64,000 bases of DNA from Octopus sinensis (lineage: Eukaryota), in the NCBI RefSeq assembly GCF_006345805.1, contig NC_043010.1, positions 60,760,001 to 60,824,000 of the forward strand, read 5' to 3'. Position numbers and translations under genes: made by a program. Under the pieces are notes generated by a model. That model searched no databases and was not told the origin of the DNA. It was given only the letters and a program-made list of their open reading frames with translations. Of the stretch, positions 1 to 14,247 are shown one piece after another. The number at the start of each line of letters is the position of its first letter. The stretch's first letter is position 1.

Positions 1-666
1 TTTGGATGTCAATCTGAAGACAGTGCAATCTGAGGACATGTGCCAAGAGTGATAAAAATCAAACAACCAGTCAACATCATGGTGTTTGGAATGATCACTA
101 GTGATAGCGATGTTATGCCTCCATTCATCTTCCCACATGGTCTCAGACTCAACACAGAGGCCTACATCAAGTGCCTGGAGGAAGTAGTGCTGCCCTGGGT
201 CAAGAGGGTGGCTGCTGGAAGACCCTACGTATGGCAACAGGACTCTGAACCATGCCACACAAGCAGGAGAACTCAGTCATGGCTGTCAGGCAATTTCTGT
301 GACCCCATCACCCCTAACATCTGGCCACCTGACTCTCCAGACTGCAAACCCGTTGATTATTATGTATGGAGTGCAGTTGAGAGAGAGACCAACAAAACTC
401 CTTGTAACAGCAAAGTTGAACTGAAGACAAGGATTATGGCAGCATTCACCAACTTAAACATGGAGACTGTCCAGAAGAGTTGCAGGAGATTCCAAAGTCA
501 TCTGGAGGCTGTTGTTGAAGCCAATGGTGATTTTATTGAATAAATTTACTCTTTACTATTTCAAGATATTTTTATGTAATTTTGGTAAATATATCTGTTA
601 AAATGAGATGTCAGTGTTATTTTCATTTTTGTGTAATTTGGACAAGAGTTTATTCACCACACCCTG
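1..666 (+). mobile_element. Tc1/mariner DD37D (maT-type) transposon, internally deleted, right part
   Basis: ORF 40-543 has WQQDSEPCH...WPPDSPDCKPVDYYVW with 37 residues between the second and third catalytic Asp. Ends in TIR ...TTCACCACACCCTG followed by TA (667-668). Confidence 0.9.
40..543 (+). pseudogene. C-terminal half of maT/DD37D transposase
   Basis: QQD..H and WPP.SPD..P.DY motifs, C-terminus VEANGDFIE*. The first catalytic Asp and most of the DNA-binding domain are missing. Confidence 0.85.
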
Positions 667-670
667 TATG

Positions 671-735
<65 letters not shown>

Positions 736-840
736 ATATATACATACACACACATACATACATACATACATATACATACTACATACATACATACATACAT
801 ACATACATACATACATACATGCATACTTATATACATGCAT
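667..840. repeat. (TA)n and (CATA)n microsatellite
   Basis: Seen directly; starts at the TA target site of the maT element. Confidence 0.95.
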
Positions 841-1319
841 ATAAGACATAAAGAATGAAGATGTATTATTGATGAGTTGTTTAGCCTACACATGTTTTGA
901 ATAGCCTGGCACAACCCAAGCACTGCACATTGCAATGAGCATATTTAATCGCACCTTCATTCCACCGCCTGATATGCCATAGCAAAAGAGGAGTTAGGGG
1001 CAATGCTATTCTTTTCAAAGCCAGAATGCCAGAATACTGAATTTAGTCTACATTGGAATAATGTGGGAGAACGTACAGTAGCAAACTCAAGACCAGTGTC
1101 CGTGTGATAGGCAAAGGAAAGCATGCTCCTCGGATGTTCCTAGTCCACTGATAGCTGTATGTATCTTGTTGAGATAAAATTGAAATTGGATCTGTGATGT
1201 CATTAAGTATGACCTAATAAATAAAGACAATGAATTTATTAGAATAGCAAAAGAATCTATCAAGAAAAATATTCTTCTGGCCATTGCATGAATTTAAATT
1301 AAATACAATTACATGGGTT

Positions 1320-1915
1320 TTTAAAAATTTTATTTTATTCATTTATTTTATTTTATTTATTTTATTTTATGTTATTTTAATCTTTACTCTTTTATTCTTT
1401 TACTTATTTCAGTCATTTCACTGCAGCCATGCTGGAGCACTGTCTATTTTATTTTATTCATTTTATTTTATTTTGTTATTTTATTTATTTTATTTTATTT
1501 TATTTTATTTCAAATCATTTATTTTATTTATTTTGTTTAATTCATTTCTATTTTATTTTATTTTATTCTATTTCATTTCCTTTTATTTTATCCATTTTAT
1601 TTTATTTATTTTATTTTGTTATTTTATTTTATTTATTTAATGTTATTTTATTTCATTTCATTTATTTTATTTATTTTGTTTAATTTATTTTTATCTTATT
1701 TTATATCATTTTATTTTATTTTATTTTATTTTGTTTAATTTTATTTATTTTATTTTATTTATTTTATTTTATTTATTTTATTTTATTTTATTCATTGTAT
1801 TTTCTTATTTTATTTTATTTATTTTATGCTATTTTATTTCATTTCATTTATTTTATCTATTTTGTTTAATTTATTTCTATTTTATTTATTTTATTTTATT
1901 CTATTTTATTTTATG
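1320..1915 (+). repeat. (TTTTA)n-rich low-complexity tract with a SINE tail fragment
   Basis: Seen directly; GCAGCCATGCTGGAGCAC near 1423 matches the family A SINE tail. Inverted copy at 2330-2731. Confidence 0.85.
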
Positions 1916-2032
1916 GAACATAATTTGACTTAATTTAAACTCATCCGTCATTTGAAGAAATATATAGTACAATGTTGACAAACAATAATCCTACAAACTG
2001 GTCATATCCCTTAAAGCTACATTTTATTACAG

Positions 2033-2255
2033 AAGGCACATGGCTTCGTGATTAGAGTAATTGGCTCACAAGCATAAGGTCATGAGTTCAATTCCTGATG
2101 GCTTGTTGTGTCCTTGGGCAAGACACTTTATTTCACTTTATTGCTCCAGTCCACTCAGCTGGCAAAAATGAGTTGTACCAGTAATTCAAAGGATCCAGCC
2201 TTGTCATATTCTATGTCACACTGAATCTCACCTGAGAACTATGTTAAGGGTAATG
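2033..2255 (+). mobile_element. tRNA-derived SINE (family D)
   Basis: Head AAGGCACATGGCTTCGTGATTAGAG, B box GAGTTCAATTCC, core GTGTCCTTGGGCAAGACACTTTATTTCAC...GCTCCAGTCCACTCAGCTGG shared with other copies. Confidence 0.75.
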
Positions 2256-2329
2256 CATCACTCAGTAAAAGTACTCAAGAACAGCACTAGAATTTGTGAA
2301 GAAAACAGGTAAATAAGAAAATACAAGGA

Positions 2330-2731
2330 ATAAAATAAAATAAAATAGAATAGAATAGAATAAAATAAAATAAATAAAATAAAATGAAATAAATAAAATT
2401 AAATAAAATAAAATGAAATAAAATAGAATAAAATAAAATGAAATAAGATAAAAATAAATTAAACAAAATAAATAAAATAAATGAAATGAAATAAAATAAC
2501 ATTAAATAAATAAAATAAAATAACAAAATAAAATAAATAAAATAAAATGGATAAAATAAAGGGAAATGAAATAGAATAAAATAAAATAAAATAGAAATAA
2601 ATTAAACAAAATAAATAAAATAAATGATTTGAAATAAAATAAAATAAAATAAAATAAAATAAAATAAATAAAATAACAAAATAAGATAAAATAAATAAAA
2701 TAAAATAGGCAGTGCTCCAGCATGGCTGCAG
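2330..2731 (-). repeat. (TAAAA)n tract, inverted copy of the 1421-1750 region
   Basis: Reverse complement shares the same interrupting variants; the ORF track gives near-identical peptides on opposite strands. Confidence 0.8.
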
Positions 2732-4469
2732 TTGATTTAACTTAGCCACATAAAAGTTCTCTGGACAACCTTTTTATTTCCAGTAGAATAAACAAAGATA
2801 TTCAAAATGCTATCTCATAGAGTAAGATGACTATGTCACAGTGTATATAAATTAGTTTCATGATTGAATCATATAGTTAAAGTCTTCAGTAACAAAAGAA
2901 TTTTGAAAACCATATTTTGATAAAAAAAAAATATATTAAAATTGGAATTTATAACATTTTCTAAACAGTGAAGCTGTGAATAATTGTTTTCTGTTAGTAA
3001 AAATTGCATAATCCAAACTAATTAATAAGCAGCTTTCTTTATTATAGTGTAGATGTTGTGATAAAATATAGTCTACACATGAACATGTTGCATGGATTTA
3101 TGTTCTTGCAGAGATCATCAAGATATTTTATGGCAATCATCATCATCGTTGTTGTCATCATTATCATCATCAGTTAAAGTCTATGTTCCATGCTGGCATG
3201 GGTTGGACAGTTTTACAGGAGCCAGTGGGTCTATGAACTGCATTGTACTCCAGTGTCTGCTCTGGCATGGGCTCTATAGCTAGAGGCCCTTCCTAATGCC
3301 AACCACTTTACTGCACAGACTGGGAGCTTTTATCATGCCCCATACAGTATTGAAGTTGTCTTGCAGCTCACTGAACTACAAACCCTGAAGATGAGTCAGC
3401 TTCATACTTGGGGATTGAACTACGAGAAGTGGGGAATGGCTGTGCATGGTCTTGAAGAGGATCTGCATTGCTATTCACATCTAGTAAGGGAAGGGGAGAG
3501 AAAGAGAAACTAAAGAGTAGGAGCTGCTGGAGAAAGATTATGGCAATGAGGGGCTTAGGTGACCCCACAAGGCACAAGGTGATTTGAAGAATCATTATGC
3601 AAGATTGGATTGGAAGGAGAATGAGGGGATGGGAAAGGCAGAGTGCCAAATGTTTAGGGTTGAAAGGTGGATGAGCAAGGAGCCTTTAGCTGGGGGAGAA
3701 AGAGGAATGCAGAAGAGACTGGGATGGGAGGGGTGCAAGCAGCAGGAGTAGTAAAGATGATAGAATTGGCTGAAGGGGAGGACAAAGGAGCAGGATGTCA
3801 TGGTTGGGGAGCCTGCAGGAGCCAGGGTTGGGGGCAGGCAGGCAGGCAGGCCTAATGTGTGAGAGGACCTTGAAAATGTTACCAAGGATGGCGCTACAAT
3901 TCATTATTAAATATCTACCAGCCATAAACAAGACCTTTCAATTCTTGGAAATTACAAGACACTTCAAGAAACAGAAACATTTTCCTTCTTTTTTTTCCTA
4001 TTTCTTGCAGATGTTTAAACAATGCGATTCATCATTAAATTTGGCTGAGATAATAAAAGCTTCAAAATATTCAAGCATTTGCCATTTATGTGACTGACAG
4101 TGGTGTTGGGAGAAGCCTACCAAGTTGATGAAGATTTTCTTGGCAAGGGACCATAAAGCTCGACCATAAATCTGGACTACTTTCAGGCTTTGTAATACAC
4201 TAAAATGTCCCTTGTTTGTTTGTTTTTTATTCCTATGGTAAAACTGCCCCAAAATGTCTGGTGCCAAATTATTTAACACTTTGGCCATAAATGGACATTA
4301 CACTCTGTCATCATCATCATCATCATCATCACTGTAACAATACATTTTGTGTGGTAGTCTAGGGTAAGGATTTCTTGATTTCTGTTATAGGCACAGGGTT
4401 GCATACTTTAGGGAGAAGTAGGACATCAGCTATATTGACCCCAATACTTGACTGGTATTTATTTTATTA

Positions 4470-4830
4470 ACTTTCGAGCATTGGGCTCCATGGGGGTAAA
4501 GTGGCTGAGTTCCTTTCGAGTGCTGGGCCTTACTGAGGCAATGACCAAGACCTTTGGCATTATATCTAGTTTGAGAAGAAGACCCATCAAGCCAAGCAAA
4601 ATCACAGTCATGACAGATACCGGTGTCACACAAATGGCACTTGTGCCAGTGGCACATAAAATCACCCATTACACTCTTGGAGTGGTTGGCATTAGGAAGG
4701 GCATCCAGCCATAGAAACCATGCCAAATCAGACTGGAGTCTGGTGCAGCCTTCCAGCTTGCCAGCCCAGTCAAACCGTCCAACCCATGTCAGCATGGACA
4801 ATGGATGTTAAATGATGATGATGATGATGA
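4470..4830 (+). mobile_element. RTE LINE 3' UTR fragment (family C)
   Basis: GAGTGGTTGGCATTAGGAAGGGCATCCAGC...CAACCCATG.CAGCATGG and a (GAT)n tail; the same sequence follows RTE coding sequence at 50238-50833. Confidence 0.8.
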
Positions 4831-5469
4831 TAACTCCAGAAAGAAGAAATGAAAAGTCAGTCTTGGTGAGATTTGAACTCAGAACCTACAGAGATGTAAT
4901 TTTTGTGAAATTGTTTCAGTCTGACACTCCACCAGTTTTGCTAATCCATTACCCAAGCAATTCCACCTCCACCCAAATGAACCAACAACAGGGCCTCCAT
5001 GTGGTTACCCCACCAAACTAGAAATAGCAACCAAATCTTCCTCAAATTATACCTCCATTGTCTTAAGAAATGAGAAATTAGATACTGTGGATCTGGATTC
5101 TCTGCACATAGGTCATGGCTGGATATATTTGCTCATAGATTTGTTTGGCCAAGAGCAAAACAACAACAACAACAACAGAATTCCTCCAGTTCCTACAGAG
5201 GCGATTATCATGGTGGAGGTGGTGCCGGTGGTGGCAACGGTTACGGTGATTTGTCTGTTTAGTTGCCTGGCTAAATATGTTCCCTTCTACCCTTGCATGT
5301 TTATTTGCCTGTCTATCGGAAGGGGGGGGGGGGGTTGCTTGCCTGTCTGTCTGGCTCTGTGTCCCCCCCCCCACCTGTTTCCCAACGTCCCACCACCCTC
5401 ACCTTCAGCTTCCAACAATCACTTTGCAGAGATGAAACTAAATAATTGTTGCTGGTCGGAGTTAGAGGG

Positions 5470-6070
5470 GGGGGGGGAGAATGGGGGGGGAGCAGGACTA
5501 AGCTGGAAAGAAAGAGAGAGGAAATATACTGAGTGGGAGGGGGAGGGAGAAAAAGATACTAAGACAGAAAGGGATGTAGTGAGAGTGAGGCAGTGGTGGG
5601 GGAGGTAGATGTTATTGAGGGAGAAAATAGAGGGAGAGAAATACATGGAAAGAGAGAGAGAGAGAGAGAGAGTAATGAGGGGAAGAAGGAGAACAAAGAA
5701 CCATGGAGTGTGAGGTGGTGTGGGGGGGATGATAGGAATATGAGAAAGAATGGAGAGTGAGAGAGAGGGGGAAAGGAGGAGAGCGAGAGGGAGAGAGAGG
5801 AGAAGGAGAGAGATAAAGAAAGAGAAAGAGAAATGAATGATGAGAAGGGAGCAAAGAAAATTGAGGAGAAGAGGAAGCAAGGGGAAAAGAGAGAGGGGAG
5901 GAGGGAGATGTGGGGAGAGGAACAAAGAGAGTGAAAAGTGGTAAGGATAGAGAAGGGGGGGAGAAAGAGAGGGGGGGTGGGGGGGTGTAAAGGGAAGAGA
6001 GATAGAGAGAAGGAGAGGGAGGGGAGCCGAGAGGGAGGAGAAGAGAGAAAGAGGGGGGGGAGAAGAGATC
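5470..6070 (+). repeat. GA-rich polypurine low-complexity tract
   Basis: Seen directly. Confidence 0.8.
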
Positions 6071-6506
6071 AACTAAATAAAAAATGGTGGAATTGCATTG
6101 ATTAGTGAAATATTCTTGTTATATATTTATTGAATGGTTTCTATGGAATGTTCTGGATGTGTGAAGTATATAACACCTACATCAAACATCATCACCTTCT
6201 TCTTCTTCTTCTTCTTCTTCTCCTCCTCCTCCTCCACCACTACCACCACCACCGCCACCTCCTCCCTTTCTCTTTCTCCAGTCATTTCCCCCCTCTCCAT
6301 TTCCTCTAACTATCCCTCTCCCTTCCAACCACCACCACTATGTCTATACCATTCGGCTGTAGGTCACCCACCAGTGGTCACATCATTTACTAAATCTGGG
6401 AAAACAAACAATATTCTGTTGTTGCTGCCGTTATATCCTTAATTAGGATCACTACATCTCCCACCATACACACACACATACATACATATTTATGTGTGTG
6501 TGTGTA

Positions 6507-6527
<21 letters not shown>

Positions 6528-6538
<11 letters not shown>

Positions 6539-6813
6539 GATATATATCATCATCATCATCATCATCATCATCGTTTAACGTCATATATATATATATAGAT
6601 AGATAGATGTGAAGGCGCATGGCTAAGTGGTTAGAGCGTCGAGCTTACAATCGTGAGGTTGTGAGTTCGAATCCAGGATTCGAACTCACAACCTCACGAT
6701 TGTAAGCTCGACGCTCTAACCACTTAGCCATGCGCCTTCACATCTATCTATCTATATATATATATATGACGTTAAACGATGATGATGATGATGATATATA
6801 TCAATATCTATAT
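6528..6813. repeat. Near-perfect ~285-bp palindrome centred at 6675
   Basis: GAGTTCGAATCC-A-GGATTCGAACTC at the centre; arms appear to differ only in (CAT)n length. Confidence 0.95.
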
Positions 6814-7070
6814 GTTGTGTTCTTGAGCAAGATACTTTATTTCACGTTGCTCCAGTTCACTCAGATGTAGAAATGAGCTGCGACATCACAGGTGCCAAGC
6901 TGTATCGGCCCCTTTGCTTTTTCCATGGATAACACTGGTGCCATGGAGAGAGGAGGCCGGTATGCATGGCCGACTGCTGGTCTTCCATAAAACAACCTTG
7001 CCTGGACTTGTACCTGGGAGGGTAACTTTCTAGGTGCAATCCCATGGTCTGTGTCGTGACCGAAGGGGGA
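6611..7070 (+). mobile_element. tRNA-derived SINE (family D) interrupted by a fold-back duplication
   Basis: A box TGGCTAAGTGG, B box GTTCGAATCC; body resumes at 6814 with GTTGTGTTCTTGAGCAAGATACTTTATTTCACG. Confidence 0.8.
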
Positions 7071-7085
7071 GAAAAGAAAAGAAAT

Positions 7086-7124
<39 letters not shown>

Positions 7125-7774
7125 TATCCTCATCATCATAATTACCATTTAACATCCATCTCCATCTTCCATGCTGCCATGGGTTGATAGTTTGACAGGA
7201 ATCTGATGATGCTGAGGCCTGCATTGACCTCCAATGTTTGCTTTGGTTCCTGCCGCTGGATACTTTTCCTAAAGCCAACTACATTACAGAGTGTGTACTG
7301 GGTGCTTTTTTCATGACACACCACTGGTGAGGTCACCAAATAACTCCCAAACCCAGACCCTCCTCAAGCGAGCATTGGAGCATTGCGGAGGATGGTTTCC
7401 TGTCAGATGATTGGTGGCAAACGTAAGAAAGAGGAATAGGGTCAGGTATGTTGCTGTAGATGTGACACCCCAGATGGATGGAAAAGGAGAAAATGATAAT
7501 GGGGGATGAAGGGTCCAGGTGGACTATCAGGGTACAAGGGGGTGTATATTAGTGAGAGTTGGTATAAAGGACTGAGACTGTGTATACATGTATATTTTGG
7601 GGGAGTTAATTAAATGGCCGGTCATAGAATGACCAAAAGGTTCATATCCATAAAGTGCTTAGCCCCATCGACAACTTGTCAGTCTCCAATGGCTGAAAGC
7701 CACCATCTCTCAGATAAAATAGAGATTTACGAAAAAGACAAGTTGAAGTTATATGTCTGCAGCCATTGGAGTTT

Positions 7775-7985
7775 CATCATCATCGTTTAGCGTCCACTTT
7801 CCATGCTGGCATGGGTTGGACGGTTTGACTGAGGACTGGTGAGCCAGAAGGCTGCACCAGACTCCAATCTGATCTAGCAAAATTTCTACAGCTGGACGCC
7901 CTTCCTAATGCCAACCACTTTGAGAGTGTAGTGGGTGCTTTTACATACCACCGGCATGAGGGCCAGTCAGGCGGTTCTGGCAACG
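7775..7985 (-). mobile_element. RTE LINE 3' UTR fragment (family C)
   Basis: Reverse complement of the family C tail, with (CAT)n at the left end. Confidence 0.8.
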
Positions 7986-8693
7986 AATGGATGTGCTCAG
8001 TACACGGGTCTTACCAACTGGGGAAGAATATACTTTGCTGAAAAGGTTTAAAAAGACTGAAATGTGTCTGTTGCTTTCACCACCTGGATTTTCAAACCAG
8101 GCCCACTCCAGTAAGCATTGTCTGTGTTGCAGAAAATTTCAATGAATTGATTTTATAGGAATTATCTCCTGTTTGTTACTCTTAAATTTTTAAACACTCT
8201 CTGAAGGAGGTTTTGTCGACTAATTTCTTGAATAATCTCCTTTCTCTCCTCCTGGTATTACCCATGTCAGAGCCTAGTATATTTGTGTTTAGTATTGTTG
8301 ATAATCAAAGCAGTGAAGAAATAGGTGAGGGGGGTATCCTAAGGAATGTTTATTAGGGGCTGAGAAAGACCTTGAAAATTTTTAGAAGATTTTTTTTCAG
8401 GGGAAGAAGAAAAAGTCTAAAGTAAGAGAAAGAAAAGATGTTGAAAAGAAGGGGAGATAGATAAAGGAAGGGGCAATGGGTGAGACGAGGGAAGAAATAA
8501 TGCAAATAAGGGAGGCGGAAGACGAATGGAAACAAACAAAAAACAAAAGAACAAACGAATTTTAGAAATTCAAAATCAGAAATGGAAAAAGATGGACGAA
8601 CATTGTTGAGGTTTAGACTTCATTAATGATTAGTGCAGAACATCAACAACAGCAACAGCCATTGCACTCTGACCAAGTCCTTCTGTTTTAACC

Positions 8694-9097
<404 letters not shown>

Positions 9098-9469
9098 TAG
9101 AGTTCTGAATGTTGGTCAGTGTGGTCAGAGTGAGATCCACCACCAGGTGGAGGAGGGGGGCAGAGTGGTCTGGAGTAATATCAAGATCAAAGCTGGTTGT
9201 GTGTGATTAACCAGCCATGGTCCCAGAGGTCTTCTAAGAACCCCTTAGCATTCAAAGGATTCTCTCAAAGGTATTTCTTGTTTATTCTGATTGTTTCCAT
9301 TAATTACGTATTATTTTGTAGCTTCAAGGTTTCCATGATATGACTCTATATTTTTAGAAAGACATTTTAGGGTCCGTGTGATAGATGGGATCTGGCTGGT
9401 TTGATTGTAAAACAGGTAGGATTTGGGGGCTGGATATGGCCAGTTTAAATGCTAAGGGGCTAGACAATG

Positions 9470-9816
9470 ACACCACCACCACCACCACCACTGCCAAAAT
9501 TAGCATCATCACTACAGTCATAGCCATCATCACAGCCACCACTGCCGTCGCCACCAGCACCAGCACCACCACCACCACCACTACCACCAGCACCACTACC
9601 CCCACCACCACCACTACCACCACCACCACCACTACCACCACCACCACTACCACCACCACCACTACCACCACCACCACCACTACCACCACCACCACCACCA
9701 CTACCAGCACCACCACCAGCACAACCACCAGCACTGCCACCACCACCACCACCACCACTACCAGCACCACCACCAGCACCAGCACCAGCACCACCACCAC
9801 CACTACCAGCACCACC

Positions 9817-9847
<31 letters not shown>

Positions 9848-9906
9848 CCACTACCAGCACCACCACCACCACCACCTCCACCACCACCAGCACCACCAGC
9901 ACCACC

Positions 9907-9937
<31 letters not shown>

Positions 9938-9984
9938 CCACTACCAGCACCACCACCAGCACCACCTCCACCACCACCGGCACC

Positions 9985-10015
<31 letters not shown>

Positions 10016-10028
10016 CCACTACTGCCAC
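9470..10028 (+). repeat. (ACC)n microsatellite with ACT/AGC variants
   Basis: Seen directly; source of the poly-Thr, poly-Val and poly-Gly ORFs. Confidence 0.95.
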
Positions 10029-10099
10029 TAATTTTTGGGGGGATCACAATTAGTTGTTTGTGACCAGCAGCTGTCTACAGGTTATAGGTTCTCTCAGCC

Positions 10100-10918
10100 A
10101 GGGGCAACCTGGAGTTAATCAAGAACTCCACACCACTAAATATCGTTGGTATCAAGGAAGCCCCTTCATGTTTGTTCTGCCTAGAAGAAATAACAGCCAA
10201 AATCTCCCTCAAATCAAAAGCTACCATATTAGAAAAAGGAGGACATGCTAAATAATGAAGTCCAATGTACACTTAGCCAGAAAAATAAGGGATGATGGTC
10301 ATCATTGGATTACCTTTGATCATACCTCAGTCAGCTTTCAAGATGAACTTTGACACTGGGAGTTAAATACCTTGTCCCTCCCACCACTGATGACACCTGT
10401 GACCCCCACTGCTTATTGGCCACTCCACTTTACTGACCATGTGGTGGGAGAGGGTGGAGGTGTTTGAAATGACCACTGATAATAACAAACCTACCAAGGG
10501 AGCCTCTACATGGATGATGATCATGCTAGAAACAACAGTCAAATTTCCTTGTTGTCTGAAATAAGGAACGAACATTTTGTATAATGGCTCTAAAAAGACA
10601 GATTGGTCATGGTTGGAGCGCCCTTGGTTAGACCAAAGTCAGAACATCTTTGATCATAGATCTTCTGGATCAAGACTGGCCAGGGGCAAAACAACCACCA
10701 TCACAACAATATCTAATTAACACATTTATTAATTATTGAGGAGCTGCAACCTGGTCACAGAATCTGTTAAAAATAGCAGCCAAACCTCCCTTAAATCATA
10801 TTGAGGAAAGGAAAAAAAAACACACTGGATAATGTAGTTTTACATACAACTGGATGGTCATGGCTGGAATGCCATCGATTATAGGTTTTCCTCAAGCCTA
10901 GGGTTAAACAACAACAAC
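10100..10918 (+). mobile_element. Cluster of about three copies of an unclassified short repeat (CTAGAAATAGCAGCCAAATCTCCCTCAAATCA family)
   Basis: The motif recurs near 5018, 10180, 10527, 10770, 14475, 19540, 33588, 33713, 34301 and 37907, often ending in (AAC)n. Confidence 0.65.
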
Positions 10919-11574
10919 AGTGCCAATAAAAATATTTTTGTTTAAAAGCAATTTAAGGAATTCGATTTTGTTTTTAATTAATTTGTTTATTTTTCATAAG
11001 CTATTTTTTTTTACATGGATTTGTTTGGATGGGTGGGTGGAGGGTGAAGGGGGAGAATATCTCATATCCCCACCACCACCACCTCCAACAACAACAACAA
11101 CAACAACACGTCTAATGAGGGATTACCAGTTTTAATGTTACTTTAATGTTGTGGGGTAAAAAGAAGAGGTGGGTTCAAAGGGTGGCGGCGGCAGGTTAGG
11201 AAAAATTAAGGAATATTTCCTATAGAAGAAAGAGAGGGGGAGGAATGGAGAGGGGGAGAGTAGGGAGAGAGGGAGGGAGAGGGGAGAATGGAGAGAAAAA
11301 AGAAATAAAGATGGAAGAGGAGAGGAAAATGAAATGGAAGAGAGGAGAATGTAACTGACTGTGAAATATACTACTACTACTACTACTACTCTACTACTAC
11401 TACCAACAACAAAAATAGTGATGGTGGTGGTGGTGGTGGTGGTGGTGGTCCTTTCTGCTATAAGCACAAGGCCTGAAACTTTGGGGGAAGGAGCTATTCG
11501 ATTACATGTACTTGACTGGTACTTATTTGATTGACCCCAAAAGGATGAAAGGTAAAGTCAACATCAGCAGAAGA

Positions 11575-11619
<45 letters not shown>

Positions 11620-11948
11620 TAATAATAATAATAATAATAATGAAATAAGAATAGTATAATAATAAGAATAATTAAGAATAATAATAATAATAATAAAATA
11701 AGAATAATAATAATAATAAATGAGAATAATAATAGTAATAAGAATAAGAATAATAATAATTATAATAATAATAATAATAATGGAAATAATAATAATAATA
11801 ATAATAATATAATAATAATACGAATAATATAATAATAATAAAATAATTAATAATGATAATAAGTAAGAATAATAATATATAAAATAAGAATAATAGATAA
11901 TAATAATAATAATAATAATAATAAGTGATAATAATAATAGTAATAATA

Positions 11949-11998
<50 letters not shown>

Positions 11999-12107
11999 TT
12001 AAATAATAATAATAATATAATAATAATAATAAGTAATTAATAAAATAATAATAAGAATAATAAATAATAAGAATAATAATAATAATAATAGTAATAATAA
12101 ATAATAA

Positions 12108-12154
<47 letters not shown>

Positions 12155-12193
12155 GAATAATGATAAGTAATAATAGTAATAATAGTAATAATC

Positions 12194-12235
<42 letters not shown>

Positions 12236-12375
12236 TAATAATAATAATAATAAATAATAATAATATAATAATAATAATAATAATGAATAAAATAGTAATA
12301 ATAATAATAATAAAATAATAATAATATAATAATAATAATACATAATAATGAAAAAAATAATAATAATGTTAAATA

Positions 12376-12465
<90 letters not shown>

Positions 12466-12528
12466 TAATAATAATAGTAATAATAGTAATAATCATATAA
12501 TAATAATAATAATAATAATAAAATAATA

Positions 12529-12559
<31 letters not shown>

Positions 12560-12654
12560 TATAATAATAATAATAATAATAATAATGATAATAATAATAG
12601 TAATAATAGTAATACTCATAATAATAATAATAAATAATAATCATAATAATAATG

Positions 12655-12723
<69 letters not shown>

Positions 12724-12754
12724 TAATAAAATAGTAATAATAATAATAATAATA

Positions 12755-12790
<36 letters not shown>

Positions 12791-12831
12791 GATAATAATA
12801 ATAGTAATAATAATAAATAATAATAATAATG

Positions 12832-12877
<46 letters not shown>

Positions 12878-13009
12878 TAATAATAATAGTAATAATAGTA
12901 ATAATCATAATAATATAATAATAAATAATAATCATAATAATAATATAATAATAATAATAAATAATAATAATAAAATATAATAATAATAAGATAAAATAAT
13001 AATATAATA

Positions 13010-13044
<35 letters not shown>

Positions 13045-13295
13045 TAATAATAATAATAATAATAAATAATAATAATAATAATAATAATAATAGTAATAAT
13101 CATAATAATAATAATAATAATAATAATAATAGTATAATAATAATAATCATAATAATAATAATAATAATAATAATAATTAATAATATAATAATAATAATAA
13201 TAATGATAATAATAATAGTAATAATAGTAATAATCATAATAATAATAATAAATAATAATAATAATAATATAATAATAATATAATAATAATAATAA

Positions 13296-13347
<52 letters not shown>

Positions 13348-13406
13348 TAGTAATAATAATAGTAATAATCATAATAATAATAATGATAATAATAATAGTA
13401 ATAATA

Positions 13407-13459
<53 letters not shown>

Positions 13460-13701
13460 TAATAATAATAGTAATAATAATAATAATATAATAATAATAA
13501 TAATAATAATAATATAATAATAATAATAATAATAAATAATAATAATAATATAATAATAATAATAATAATAATAAATAATAATAAAATAATAATAATAATA
13601 ATAATGATAATAATAATAGTAATAATAGTAATAATCATAATAATAATAATAAAATAATAATAATAATAAATAATAATAATAATATAATAATAATAATAAT
13701 A

Positions 13702-13733
<32 letters not shown>
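11575..13733 (+). repeat. ~2.1-kb degenerate (AAT)n array
   Basis: Seen directly; recurring variant block GATAATAATAATAGTAATAATAGTAATAATCATAAT. Confidence 0.95.
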
Positions 13734-13735
<2 letters not shown>

Positions 13736-13944
13736 GGGCTACTCGACTTGAAGAAAATTCTAACTGGTTCCCACCTGCAAGGTCATGCACTGTTTACCTT
13801 GATATGAGATGACTATGTTCTGCACATGTTGTTGTGATGCATGTGCCTGGTGTACCCTTATCGGATGGGTAGTCATGATGGGTATACTGGACTTCAAATA
13901 TTTTACCCTGGTGCACTTTGATGGCATGCGCTGCTCTCTCACTC
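13734..13944. mobile_element. Truncated copy of the 550-bp (AAT)n-embedded repeat
   Basis: Matches the right ~210 bp of 15644-16196 and 16721-17274. Confidence 0.8.
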
Positions 13945-14120
13945 AATAATAATAATAATAATAATAATAATCCTTTCTACTAAAGGCACAAAGCCTAAAA
14001 TTTAGTGGGAGGGGACTAGTTGATTATATTGACCTCAGTATTCCACTGGTACTTAATTTATCAACACCAAAAGGGTGAAAGGCAAAGTCAACCTTGGAAG
14101 AATTTGAACTCGCTGCTTAA

Positions 14121-14247
<127 letters not shown>

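Noticed and set aside
3990-4290. Strong plus-strand splice acceptor (TTCCTATTTCTTGCAG) at 4010
   Set aside because: Downstream frames close quickly and no convincing donor or homology was seen.
5074-5262. Frame reading QQQQQQNSSSSYRGDYHGGGGAGGGNGYG
   Set aside because: No ATG or clear splice sites; overlaps the (AAC)n tail of an interspersed repeat.
9354-10053. Long poly-Thr, poly-Val and poly-Gly ORFs (mucin- or glycine-rich-like)
   Set aside because: Translations of an (ACC)n microsatellite that is open in several frames on both strands.
11999-13638. Poly-Ile, Leu and Tyr ORFs
   Set aside because: Translations of the (AAT)n array.
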